A stretch of 64,000 nucleotides of DNA from Dipteris shenzhenensis (lineage: Eukaryota). The notes below the pieces were generated by a model. It did no database searches. It had not been told where the DNA came from and was given only the letters and a program-made list of their open reading frames with translations. The stretch lies in the NCBI GenBank assembly GCA_047967505.1, contig CM106538.1; one strand, written 5' to 3'. A program made the position numbers and the translations under genes. Below are positions 28,101 through 38,836 of this stretch, piece after piece (the stretch's first letter is position 1; each line of letters begins with the position of its first letter).

Positions 28101-31100
28101 CAGCTGTCTGATCTTCAAGATCTTTTCTTATCATTGCTACCTCCTTGTCCACGATGTCCCCATTAGTTCTAGCTTCTTCAAGCCTATCTCGGAGCTCCTT
28201 GAGGTGCTTCTCTTCTTCTTCTCTTCTATGCCATTCCATGTCGACCATTTTTGTAATGGCCTCAGCTTGCTCTTGTGCCTGCAAGGCCCTCGCTTATGCC
28301 TCCTCTACCTTGGCTTATGCACCCTCCCTGAGAATTTTCTCAAGTTGCGCTACCTTTCCTGCATCGATGGCTTTCTCTTGTAGAAAAGTCACCTTCTCAG
28401 ACATCTTCTTATCGTATTGCTCAAAAATCCCTTTGAGGGTAGATGTCATCAAGTGCATTGCAACTCCAGTGGACTAAGATGACAATTTGGATCTGCCATC
28501 TAGACAATTCTTTACATTGGTTATCACGCTCTTGGAGATTGCCCTTGAGAAAGAGACATCACATCCTTCTCACATCCTTTTAGTTGCTCTACTACTACTT
28601 GGACCTGCCAGAACTTCATGGTTCCTCTCGTATCAAGAAAGAAGTGCATTGTCTTCTTCAGCACAACTTGGAGGTCTGTTGGCAAGCTAGAAAGCTTGAC
28701 TCCACCATCTTCACTAATCTGAGCGTTGGCGTATGCATCTACAATATCCTGTCTCTTCCATTGGTTCTTGAAGAAGTGTGCTTGCAAATTGCCTCCAGAA
28801 ATGCCTAGCGCATTTTCAATCATGCTTTCAGTGATGGTAATCGTTGAGCTTGACCGACTATTTGTCCCTCCTTCATGTTCACCTCTTGTACCAACTTGGT
28901 GAAGTTGCTGGGAGCATCCAAATTGGGCTTTTGAAGAGCGAGTGACAAGCTCCCAGATGTCATGATTTTAAGAAAGGGAGGAGAGGCTCTCGAACTGTGT
29001 TGTAGGGGAGGAAAGATTGTGTGAGGAGCTCTCGGACTGTGCAGGGGGGGAGGAAAGATGATTTGAGGAGCTTTCAAACTGTGCAGACATTTTTTAGAGC
29101 TCAGTCTGTCCAGGGGGGATCCTTTATGAAAGGGGATAGAAGTTGCAGGAAGAGTGCAACGGGAAAAGAAATGGTTGAGAGGGATAGAAGATGAAACAAT
29201 GAAGGAAATGGAATAGTGAGGCTTAAGGTTGCACTTCGAGTGCAAGGCAAAAAGAACCGATTGAGAGGGATAGAATATGAAATAGTAAAGGGAATGGAAT
29301 AGCAAAGGCTTAAGTTTGTAGCCTGACTATAAGGAATTGTCAAGGCGAGAGCCACTGGCCCGAATTTTGATTAATTTAAGGCGGCAATACTACCTTGCAT
29401 GGTAATGAGTAATCGAGGTAACTAGGCTTCATGATTTATGTCTGTAATAGTTACTCCCATCTTTCATCAGTGGTGGCCAACGATGGTGGCGTCTAAGATT
29501 ACTAGCCACGTCTATGGTGGCAGCTAAGATTCCATTGGGCTAGCAATTAATTACCAGCCACCGTAGTGGCCCACAATTATTCACATGCCCGTTACAAGCA
29601 CTGGGCTTCATGCATGATTACTATGAGTGTAATAAATTACCAGTCACCCCAAGTTTGCATGCTCAGTAGAGTGCATGGTAATGAGTGATTAGAGATGATT
29701 AGGTTTCATGATTTACTTTTGTGGCGGTAATTACTGCCCAGTGGTGGTGGTAATAGCAGAGTACTCTTGTCTTGTTGGGGGGGTCGTAATTTGAGTCCCA
29801 ACAATGTGCATGGTCTTCGGCCTCTCCATTGTCTCCTCCATTCACTCCCTAAAAAACTTTAATGCAACAAGTTGGGCTAGCAGTAATACTGAGTTGTATA
29901 AATTTCCTCTTGCTCAACGAGGCTCATAGCCACTCAACGATGGTTGGATGTAATCTTTTCTAGCCTCTAAGTCTCAACGATCTTTTGGCTCGCTGGATGT
30001 AAACTTTTGGTCTCTAAGGCTCTCAACAATTGCTGAGTTTTTACATTTATGTAATCTCTTTTGTTCAAATTGAGGCTCTCAGTATGCACTATTTGTTAAT
30101 TTTATATTTGAGTGGTTATGGTTGCTAGATGTCTTTTGGCCTCTAAGGCTCTTAGCAATTGCTGAGTTTTTTATAAATGTAAGATCTTCTGTTCGATTTT
30201 TGCTTAGTATAAGTTGTTATTAATTTTTATATAACCTGCTATTGGATATAGATGTAATCTCTTTTGCTCAATTTTTACTCGACTAATTGTAGTTGATTAT
30301 CTGGATGGCACCACCAGGCCTCCAGTCACCACAGTGGCTCAAAATAGATTTTCCCTCATTTAGGATTTACTGCAACAAGGACTAAAATACTAGTAAAGTA
30401 GGACTAAAATTTCCTTGGTTTAGGACCAAAATAGTGCTAAAATAGCTCCAATAACCCACCGTTGTGGTTGCATGGAGATACATCTAGAAAAAGACAATTA
30501 AGTCTTTACACCTTTAGAAACCATGAAACCCTAAATGCATGTGCTACTATGGACCTGAGAAGTGAATCGACCAAGCTTTAGTTTACTAGCTTGATTGTGA
30601 TCTTTAAGATATGATTGTGTGTTATAGCTCTATATCTTGTTTAGAATATAAAGTTGTCTAACTTAATAATTTCTCCCTAGTTCATTACCTTGTGATCACG
30701 CATGCATTTTGTGGCCGTGCTTTTTATAATGCCTAGTGGCATAGACATAACATTTGTATGAGGTCCTAAGGATGTGACTTCTAGAGTAGGTTTCTTATTA
30801 ATTTTATGACACATACTTGGACATGAAAATCCTTTGATTTCCTTTAATCCCTTTTCTTATAAGGCAAGCAATCAAGTCTTTGGGAGCACTTTGCAAAAAT
30901 AAATATATATGCAAACAACTTTAGCCATGTAGGATTTCTACATACTCTCCTCATGCATGGATTTCCACCATTTATATCTAGTGGATGTGGATTGATGTGA
31001 TATGTTCACTCATAGAATCTTTTCATGCATCATTAGGATCACACATAAGCTACTTATCTATCCTTCTAAAAATCACAAACTTTGTTAACATATTTTGACC

Positions 31101-31972
31101 CTAAACTAAGTCATAACATATTTCCCTTGTGACGGGTTGATAACCACTATTATATTCATTTTTTTTGCATGACATTTGCCCAGCGCCTCCAAAAATGCTC
31201 AATTCGTGACATAATGGATCTCCCCCCCCTCCTCCGTACATGTTCATATAGTGAGTGGGGAGATAGGGTGCTCTCTATTAACTGACACTCTATATCTTAC
31301 TTCTTAAAAGCAAGATATGGAGCATAAGCTAATAGAAGGGGTTTTTAAAACTACTATATGTATGTGGTCATTTGAATCCTATATGCATTCCTAAATGAGC
31401 ATATTAACACTTAGGAGAAGTTGAATGATTTGCAAAGGTCATAGATCTTAGATCCTCGTTCAAAGGTCTAGAGTTGAAACTCATTAAGATTCATAACAAA
31501 CATAGGAACAAGAATATCAAAATTATATATTGCTTTAACAAGTACTAGTAACTAACCACAAATGCTAGTTAAACTTTCAATCCTAACATGAACTACACTT
31601 TTGAAGTGAAGTTATTATACAGAGTAACTCTTTATATGCTAAATTATTCTCACAACGATACATGGCATGGCTCACTCATGCTACTCAAGATTGTAAGTGA
31701 CCATGGAGGACATGAGCTTTAAATGGAAATATAAACTTTCAATTTAAATATTATTCTTCATGTACAATGAAGGACTTATTCAAATAATGCCTTACTACTT
31801 AGGTAAATTGTAGATTTTGCTTCATAGAACAAGTGACTATAAGTACTCGTGATGCGCATTGTCTTCAAATTGGTTCTGTGAAAGGAAAACAATTGTCAAG
31901 ATGAATGAATGATTATTTTGCAACGCTTCTGATGGAAGCCCATGTATAGAAAAGTTTGAATGATTTGCAAAC

Positions 31973-32054
<82 letters not shown>
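25124..32054 (+). repeat. Copy 2 of ~7.1-kb tandem duplication
   Basis: Colinear with 17975-24940, with scattered substitutions and indels. Confidence 0.93.
25656..25919. repeat. Second copy of the foldback palindrome, centre deleted
   Basis: Same arms as 18485-18789 but lacks ~40 bp of the central region. Confidence 0.85.
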
Positions 32055-32059
<5 letters not shown>

Positions 32060-32875
32060 AAAAAAAGAAAGTGTGTGTGTGTGTGTGAGAGAGAACCAAA
32101 ATAGAAGGGGGCCACTTGGTAACAAAGTGTGTGGGACACTTTTTAACAAAAATGTAACTAGAGCGCTGCTTGAAAGGTAGTGCTAACAATCACCAAATTA
32201 ATGTATGTGTGGATCTCGCTTCAAAACAATTGCTAGGATGTAGTTATGTATTTGGTATCCATGGACGTTTGCAATGGGTATTGGATTTTTATGAGTCTCT
32301 CTTACCAACTCCCTTGAGAGTTTTCCATTGGCTTGCCCTACAAGAAGTTTGTATCAAACTAATATAAGGAAATAAATAGTGTGTGTCAAAGTAATACATT
32401 CATGTTTTATTTTGGGGATAGGGTAGTTCAATAGGTAAATAATTGATATTACAACAAATGCTTGTGAGAAAATAATTTTAAAGCCATTGAGGTAAACAAG
32501 GAAAAGAGGGTGGATCGCCCTCTCATAAATAATAAATGTACGTGTACTGCAGGTGAGAAATACAATAAGAGCTTCTATAGAACATCTCCTTGAAAACTAG
32601 GAGTTTGAACGTTTATTGTCATGAAGCGAGATAATAAACAATATCGGACGGTGCCAGCAAGGTCACCAAAGAATTATGAGGCTATGAATAATACACACAC
32701 GACCTCGGTGGAGCCATTGGACCGGCTATATTCTAACGCTTTTGCAAGGAGTCGAATGGAAGGATCTCGGTAGAGCCTCTAAAAGAAATCTGCCGCTTCT
32801 GGAAAAAATTGCTCATCCATCAAGTCTTTCCGAAACCGCGTCTTTGAATTTGTCCAATTTGACCGCGCGAAACCT

Positions 32876-33838
32876 TCATCCCTGCATTGGAGCTGCAGCA
32901 GGCGGGACGGCCCCGAAGTTCTGAGATCCCAACGTCGACGACGGTCCAGGTGCCGCTAATTCCCATCCATTCAGCGTATTGGCAGACTTCGAAGCAAAAA
33001 TGCTGAACTCCCCCATCATCCTTCGTGACTCGCTTCTCTCGGCCTCGCAGACCTGGGTCAACGAGACGCCTGCAACATTCCGAACACTCCCTGTTAATAT
33101 CACATCATGCCACCGCTGTTCCGTTTGATTAATTATATGTAAGCTTCACAATAACGGACGTCAACAGGACGCAAGAACGATGAGGACACTTGCGATCTCA
33201 CCTTCTCCTGCTGCCAGCTTGGTATAGAGGTCAACAACATTGGGACAGTTAGCTTGACAATCGGCCGAGCAAAGAGTTTTAATAAACCCATTCTCGACAA
33301 GGTTATCTGAAGACAAGCCCACGGACATCCTGTCGAGGCCGCAAGAGTTCACGCAATCGTCCGTCTCAATCCATTCAGAAAATTTGTCTGCTGTGACGAT
33401 GGATGTCTGCAACGAAAACCATCCCCCACGGTTTAGATTTCTTTACATCAAATCGGCGAATCTCTAGCTTGATGGATCAAAGGGGCATAATATTTTGCGT
33501 AACACAGAGCCCAAATGTACTCATAGATTACGCGTGCATTACCTGGCACTCATATGCCAGATCCCCGCTATGCATGATCTCTTTCTCAAGTAGGCAGCGC
33601 GCTCCTGTCGAGGATACGGCGAAGGCACAGAGCTCGACTGGAAGATCTTCGCATTCTAGTTTTCCTGTCGTGAAATATAAGAGCCCGAATTAGATTTATT
33701 CACAATAACAACATTTGAAGATAACATAAGAAGGACCGTAAAACAACCGCCTCTTAAGCAAATCAAGTTACCTGAAACCGAAAGAAGACTTGCCGAGACG
33801 ACGGCCAGCAACATCAGGAGACTCTTGCAGTGAGCCAT
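32876..33838 (-). CDS. PAR1: PAR1-family (photoassimilate-responsive) secreted Cys-rich protein, 195 aa; exons 33838-33772, 33664-33543, 33406-33202, 33069-32876
   Basis: GT-AG introns with matching phases; signal peptide MAHCKSLLMLLAVVSASLLSVSG; CEDLPVELCAFAVSSTGARCLLE, IETDDCVNSCGLDR.SVGLSSD and CPNVVDLYTKLAAGEG match the plant PAR1 family; no stops. Confidence 0.93.
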
Positions 33839-33851
33839 TTTCTTACGAGTC

Positions 33852-34250
33852 CTGCAAACCGGAGTGACATGCAACGTGAGAGAAGGGTCAAAAGAAAAGA
33901 CCATGCAGAACCAGAGCTACGAACACGTCTCGTTCCTCTATGCAGTACGCTTTAGAATCGAGAAGACGCGTGAATATGCAGAATGAGAGCCCCGAACACG
34001 TCTCGTTCCTCTATGCACACAATCGAAGGACGCAAACAGGAAAGCCCACAAGGAGAAGGTGATGAGCAAGCGACCTTAAGGAGACGTAGGTAGCTGGGGA
34101 GACGAGGAGGGAAGCGCCAAAGGATGAAGATCAGAGGGATAAGAGGCAGGTACGATGGAAGGAGGAGGAGGGATGGAAGGAGCGGAACGGGATGAAGCGA
34201 GGGAGCTGCAGATGAATGAGGAAGGGAGGGCAAGGCAATTGATATAAGGT
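33852..34250 (-). promoter_or_regulatory. Probable 5'UTR intron, pyrimidine-rich leader exon and TATA-like element of PAR1
   Basis: Acceptor TTTGCAG ~14 nt before the ATG; donor AAG|GTCGCT at ~34074; CT-rich leader; CCTTATATC at ~34241-34249; 24-bp repeat gaacacgtctcgttcctctatgca at ~33921 and ~33994. Confidence 0.5.
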
Positions 34251-35539
34251 GCTTAGCTCTAGCCAGTGGGAAGTTTCCGGGTCGCAAGACCCGGCTTTGA
34301 TTGCACAGTTTTCTCTTAGCCGCCCTTGACTTGTTCACGCACACGCCTTTTGATTCCCAACGGTTTTACAACCAAAACACCACTATATCATTCTCTTCCA
34401 CCACGCAATCCTCCTTGGTCAAATTCATATCATACCTCTCAACCTCCTCTTCAAGTAATTTAACGAAGAATCTAGAACATTTGGATACCTACCTCCTCCG
34501 CTTTCAATCTTTCTTTCTTTCTTTCTGGGGGCTCGAACATTGGTAAGTTATTGTGGGCTCCATGGTAGTTCTTTTGCTCATTCTTAGTTTTTCAAGATTT
34601 ACTACTAGTAGTAGGATTTTCTTTTCCTATTTGTTCGTCGTCTTGGAGATCGTTAAGCTGTTGGGCATGGGCACGAAACTATGAGCATATTTAAGCTAGC
34701 TTAAAGGTTTTGGGTTTCTACTTAATATGGGTTAGCTTCATGTTCTTATGTTATTTTGAAGCTTAGTGGTCAATATTTTTGTTTTGCGTATGTGCTTATT
34801 CTTTGGTTTGATTCATTAGTGCATGTTAAGGAAACACTTCCAGAAGGTCTTCTACTAATCCCTAGTGGCTTTCACCTAATTCGTTTGCTCATCTAATCTA
34901 TAATAACTTAAGCTACGGAGAAAAGACCTAGTTTAAAACTTCATGCAAGGGGGGACTTGAACTAAAAACCACTGATAGTCACTAATTCGGTCTTAACACA
35001 AGGCTACATGAAATTATTATGAAATAAGTAGAGTATAGGGGTTATAAATTCTCACCCTCTTAAATAAGAGGGGAGGGGGCCCTCTTCTCAAAAAATAGAG
35101 GGACCTCCTCATTAACCTCCACTTGCTTTGTCATCCCTCCCTTCCTACCTTTTTGGCTTTAATTAATACATTTTTGAATTATTTTCAATTGGGGGTACCT
35201 CTTACGATAACATGCACAAAATGGCAAATCTTGAGAGGTTGGGCCATCCACAAGCTTCTCCCTGAATCAGTTTAAAAACAACAAACTTTGCAAGCCCATA
35301 ACTTTTGGCCATCAAATCCAAACGTGATTATACAAATTATCAAACTAAATGATACACATGGACATATCATTAGCTTTTCCATTATTATGAAAATACTACA
35401 TTATTCTTGAATCCAAATTTTATAAAGTTGCAATATACTTGAAAGTAAAACATTTAAAGGTGCTAACATATAATAATTTATAAAATAGGAGGTCATATGT
35501 ATGTACCTCTTCACATGCATATACACAACAAGACAAAGC

Positions 35540-35790
35540 ACCCATAGACGCGCGCACAGACGCGTTTCATGAACTAAATAAAAAACTTACGGGCGCGTCT
35601 ATTTGCGCGTCAGGAGACCCGCGTCTATTAGCGCGTCTATATATCAGACTTACGCGCATATAGACGCGCTCATACACGCGTAAATAGACGCACAAATAAA
35701 CGCTTTGATAGACGCACGTATAGACGCATATCGAACAGACAGACGCGAATATTAACGCATTTGTAAACGCACTGATAGACGCGCCTTTTT
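35540..35790. repeat. Left subterminal TAGACGCG array
   Basis: Many (A/T)AGACGC(G/A) copies in both orientations. Confidence 0.9.
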
Positions 35791-35981
35791 TTTTTTTTTA
35801 AATTTTACAGAATACTGTGTATGTTGTGTATGCTATATAGTTACAAGAATCCCATATCCACATTCTGTAATTCAATTCTTACAGCCAACCTCATTTTAAT
35901 TACAATTCCAAATAAAATATTACAACTCCAAAATGCAATAAAATTGAAAGCTCAAAAAGTGCTTGTATATACATATAGCAC

Positions 35982-36120
35982 GAAGCTAAGCCATGTCATG
36001 TGGCTCCAAGTACAAAAAATAAGGAAGCTAAGCCATGTCATGTGGCTTTAAGTACAAAAAATAAGAGGAGTCTATATACAAGAGGCACGAAGCCAAGCCA
36101 ATGGCTTTAAGTACAAAAAA
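35982..36120. repeat. ~42-bp tandem repeat in the 3' region of the accessory gene
   Basis: gaagctaagccatgtcatgtggct..aagtacaaaaaataag twice plus a partial copy. Confidence 0.8.
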
Positions 36121-36143
36121 GAATAGTAGCACTACTTCTACGA

Positions 36144-37500
36144 CTAATCCTCGCTGCCTTCCACGCTCCCTGATGCGTTGCCTTCTGTGCTCCCTTCTGC
36201 ACCTCCTTCCTCGTCTTCCTCGTCGTCTTGTGCAGGGGCACCCTGTAAACAAGGGACAACATATATCATTGTATGAAAAATCAAATCTTTACTTATAATT
36301 TTGGCATTATTTAATTACTTTCAAATACCTGGGGGGCATGTCCAGTCGCTCAGATATACTGCTCCTCAGTAATCAACCCGTCATCATAGAAGTGCCTCCA
36401 TGTATCTGCTCTGCGATGGTGGCGGTGGTAGGCTGTCTCCACTGGAGTAGGGTATCTGCCCACGATCTCAAGCTGCATGACCGCGATACACTTTGTGGAG
36501 GGATTAGTACAAAGAAACAACCAACCTCCTAATAAACTACATAAGCAATATAATTTGAGATCGATACTTACAAATTGGGCCTCCCATGATTCAACACCCC
36601 CTGCTCCAAAATGCGCGCTCCCATACTCCTCCATCTGGATCCTCCGTGCCTCCACGTGCTGCAGACTGGGCTCCTCCCTCGCTGACTTCATTGCCTTCTT
36701 CCACTCACGCTTCTGAGCGGTGTGGGGCGGGCCCCTTGGAGGTTGACCTGCCTCAAGTCTGGCAAGCTCCGCTAGTGCCTGCCTCTTAAGGGAAGATCTT
36801 TTATTGCTAAGTATCGTAACAATCTTTGACTTCCCCCATTTATCTGTGAACTGGCGATTGGGGGGGTTAGGATACCTAGAGCGAACAGTAGCGAGGGTCT
36901 CATCAGCCAACCTCTTTGGGTGGTCTTTATAGTGGATAAAGCAATCTCTGTAATTGTTAGCAATTACAGAGCGCATGAAGGCCATTACATCCTTCCCCCG
37001 TGCATGCATCAAGATGCCTCCTGTCTGGGTGATGTCATAATAAATCGTACCATCACCCAGAGGCACGTCTAAATCATCGAAATCATCATCCTCGGCCTCA
37101 CCGCCACATGGCCCAAAGCACTGTGCCATGCATCCGCCACCGCTCTCCCTGCTACTATGCCTACCACCCTGTCGTGTCGAGCTCGTACGCTGACCACTCG
37201 TAGCTGGGGACTGCGCGGGACTATGCTGACCACACTCGTAGCTGGAGAACCGAGTCTCGACGGTTGGGGAGTACGTCGATGGCTCGCTGAGGCAGAAGGA
37301 CCTCCTGAAGGCATGGGGGAAGGGGCATAAGACGGGATGGCAGAAGGGACATAAGACGTCATGGGGGAAGGGGCATAAGACGGTATGGGGGAAGGGGCAT
37401 AAGACGGCTGTGCGGACTCCGCTGGGGTGATCTCAGGCGGTGTGGGGTGGCTCGGAGTCTGTACTGCCGACTCCTGGGGAGTGTTAAGGGTACCCGTCAT
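36144..37500 (-). pseudogene. TnpA-like accessory gene (~389 aa reconstructed); exons 37500-36572, 36472-36329, 36242-36144
   Basis: Phase-0 GT-AG introns; Pro/Ser-rich N-terminus; basic helical core with HFGAGG (reminiscent of Ptta/Transposase_24-type proteins); acidic tail; 2-bp insertion near 37233 and TGA at 36350-36352. Confidence 0.7.
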
Positions 37501-37684
37501 GTACCCTATAACTCCGCAGGACTAGGAGGGTGCCCTAAAATATTATATAAATCCTTCCATATCGATTCACGCGGATCAGGTGAGCTAGAAGCACTTCCTC
37601 CCCACATGTTAAATTGGAAAAAAATAAACAAATCTATTACTTTGGGAACTGAGAAGAAAGGGGAAAAAAAAAGAGAGGCTCTGT

Positions 37685-38800
37685 CAGAGCGCGTCTATAG
37701 ACCCGTCTAATCTTCGCATCTATAAACGCGTCTAACAGAGCGTTTAACAGTTCAAGTAAAAGCGAGTCTATCACCGTGTCTAACAGACCGTCAAAACAGC
37801 CGTCTAACAGTGCGTTAAAAAGCGTCTTTAACAACCCATCCAAACATCCGTCTAACAGCGCGTCTAAAAGCGCGTCTAACAATTCGTTTAAAATTCCGTT
37901 TAACAGATCGTTTGTTTGAGCGTCTATATCCGTGTCTGTAGCAAGCCAGACGCGCAAATAGACGCGCCTGTAGATGCGCGTTTAGATGCGCCCTCAGACG
38001 CCTTGTATACACGCGCTCCGACAGTCGAGAATACTCAAAAGTGGAAAAGGACGTTTCGCCCGACAAAAGAACGTGTCGCTCATACCTAGATGCTGCGTTT
38101 CGTGGATGCGAAAAAGTACAAAACTGGAAAGAGCAAGCAAGGACAACTTCAAAAGGACTTACTTGGAAAAAGGTATGGAAGGATCTTTCTTTTCCAAACT
38201 TGTTTCTTCTCCTTGTTCGTACTCCTCCTCTTCTTTAGGCTTGGAAGCAAGCTGTGTAGGTACGGTCCCTTTGTCTTGAGTGAAAGCTTGGAACTGTGTG
38301 TGTATGGGAGGCTCTCTCTTAAGCTTCGAATCTATAGAACTGCTAATAAAGAAGGAAGAAAGCCGCTCACGAAGTTTAAGTAGTTAAAAGAAAAGCAAAG
38401 CGAGCGGCGCGCCGAAAAGCAGGTTTAAAAGTCGCAGGTATAGTCGCGTCTATTAGCATGTCTATAGTCGCATCTGAATACACAGAGTAAGCGCGTCTAT
38501 AGTCGCGTCTATTAGCGCGTCTACAGGCGCGTTTAAATACATAGAGTAGACGGGCATTTAGACGTGCAGGTAGACGCGACATTAGACGCGACGATAGACG
38601 GGCATTTAGATGCGACACAGAGTTTTTAAGTTAAGCATTTACAGAGTAAGCGCGTCTATAGTCGCGTCTATTAGCGCGTCTACAGGTGCGTTTAAATACA
38701 TAGAGTAGACGGGCATTTAGACGCGCAGGTAGACGCGACATTAGACGCGACGATAGACGAGCATTTAGATGCGACACAGAGTTTTTAAGTTAAGCATTTG
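37685..38800. repeat. Internal TAGACGCG arrays between the divergent genes, including a 159-bp tandem duplication (38482-38640 / 38641-38799)
   Basis: ~12-bp periodic CGCGTCTA/TAGACGCG blocks at 37685-38020 and 38400-38800. Confidence 0.9.
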
Positions 38801-38836
38801 AAGAAGAGCAAATTTGGTGGGTTGTTTGTTTGTAGG

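Noticed and set aside
33952-34344. 130-aa ORF upstream of PAR1
   Set aside because: No family motif; overlaps the predicted CT-rich leader and UTR intron
37637-37957. ORF with LLDALLDG repeats resembling a helical repeat protein
   Set aside because: Translation of the 12-bp periodic TAGACGCG array; the same artefact explains ORFs 38376-38618 and 42794-43135
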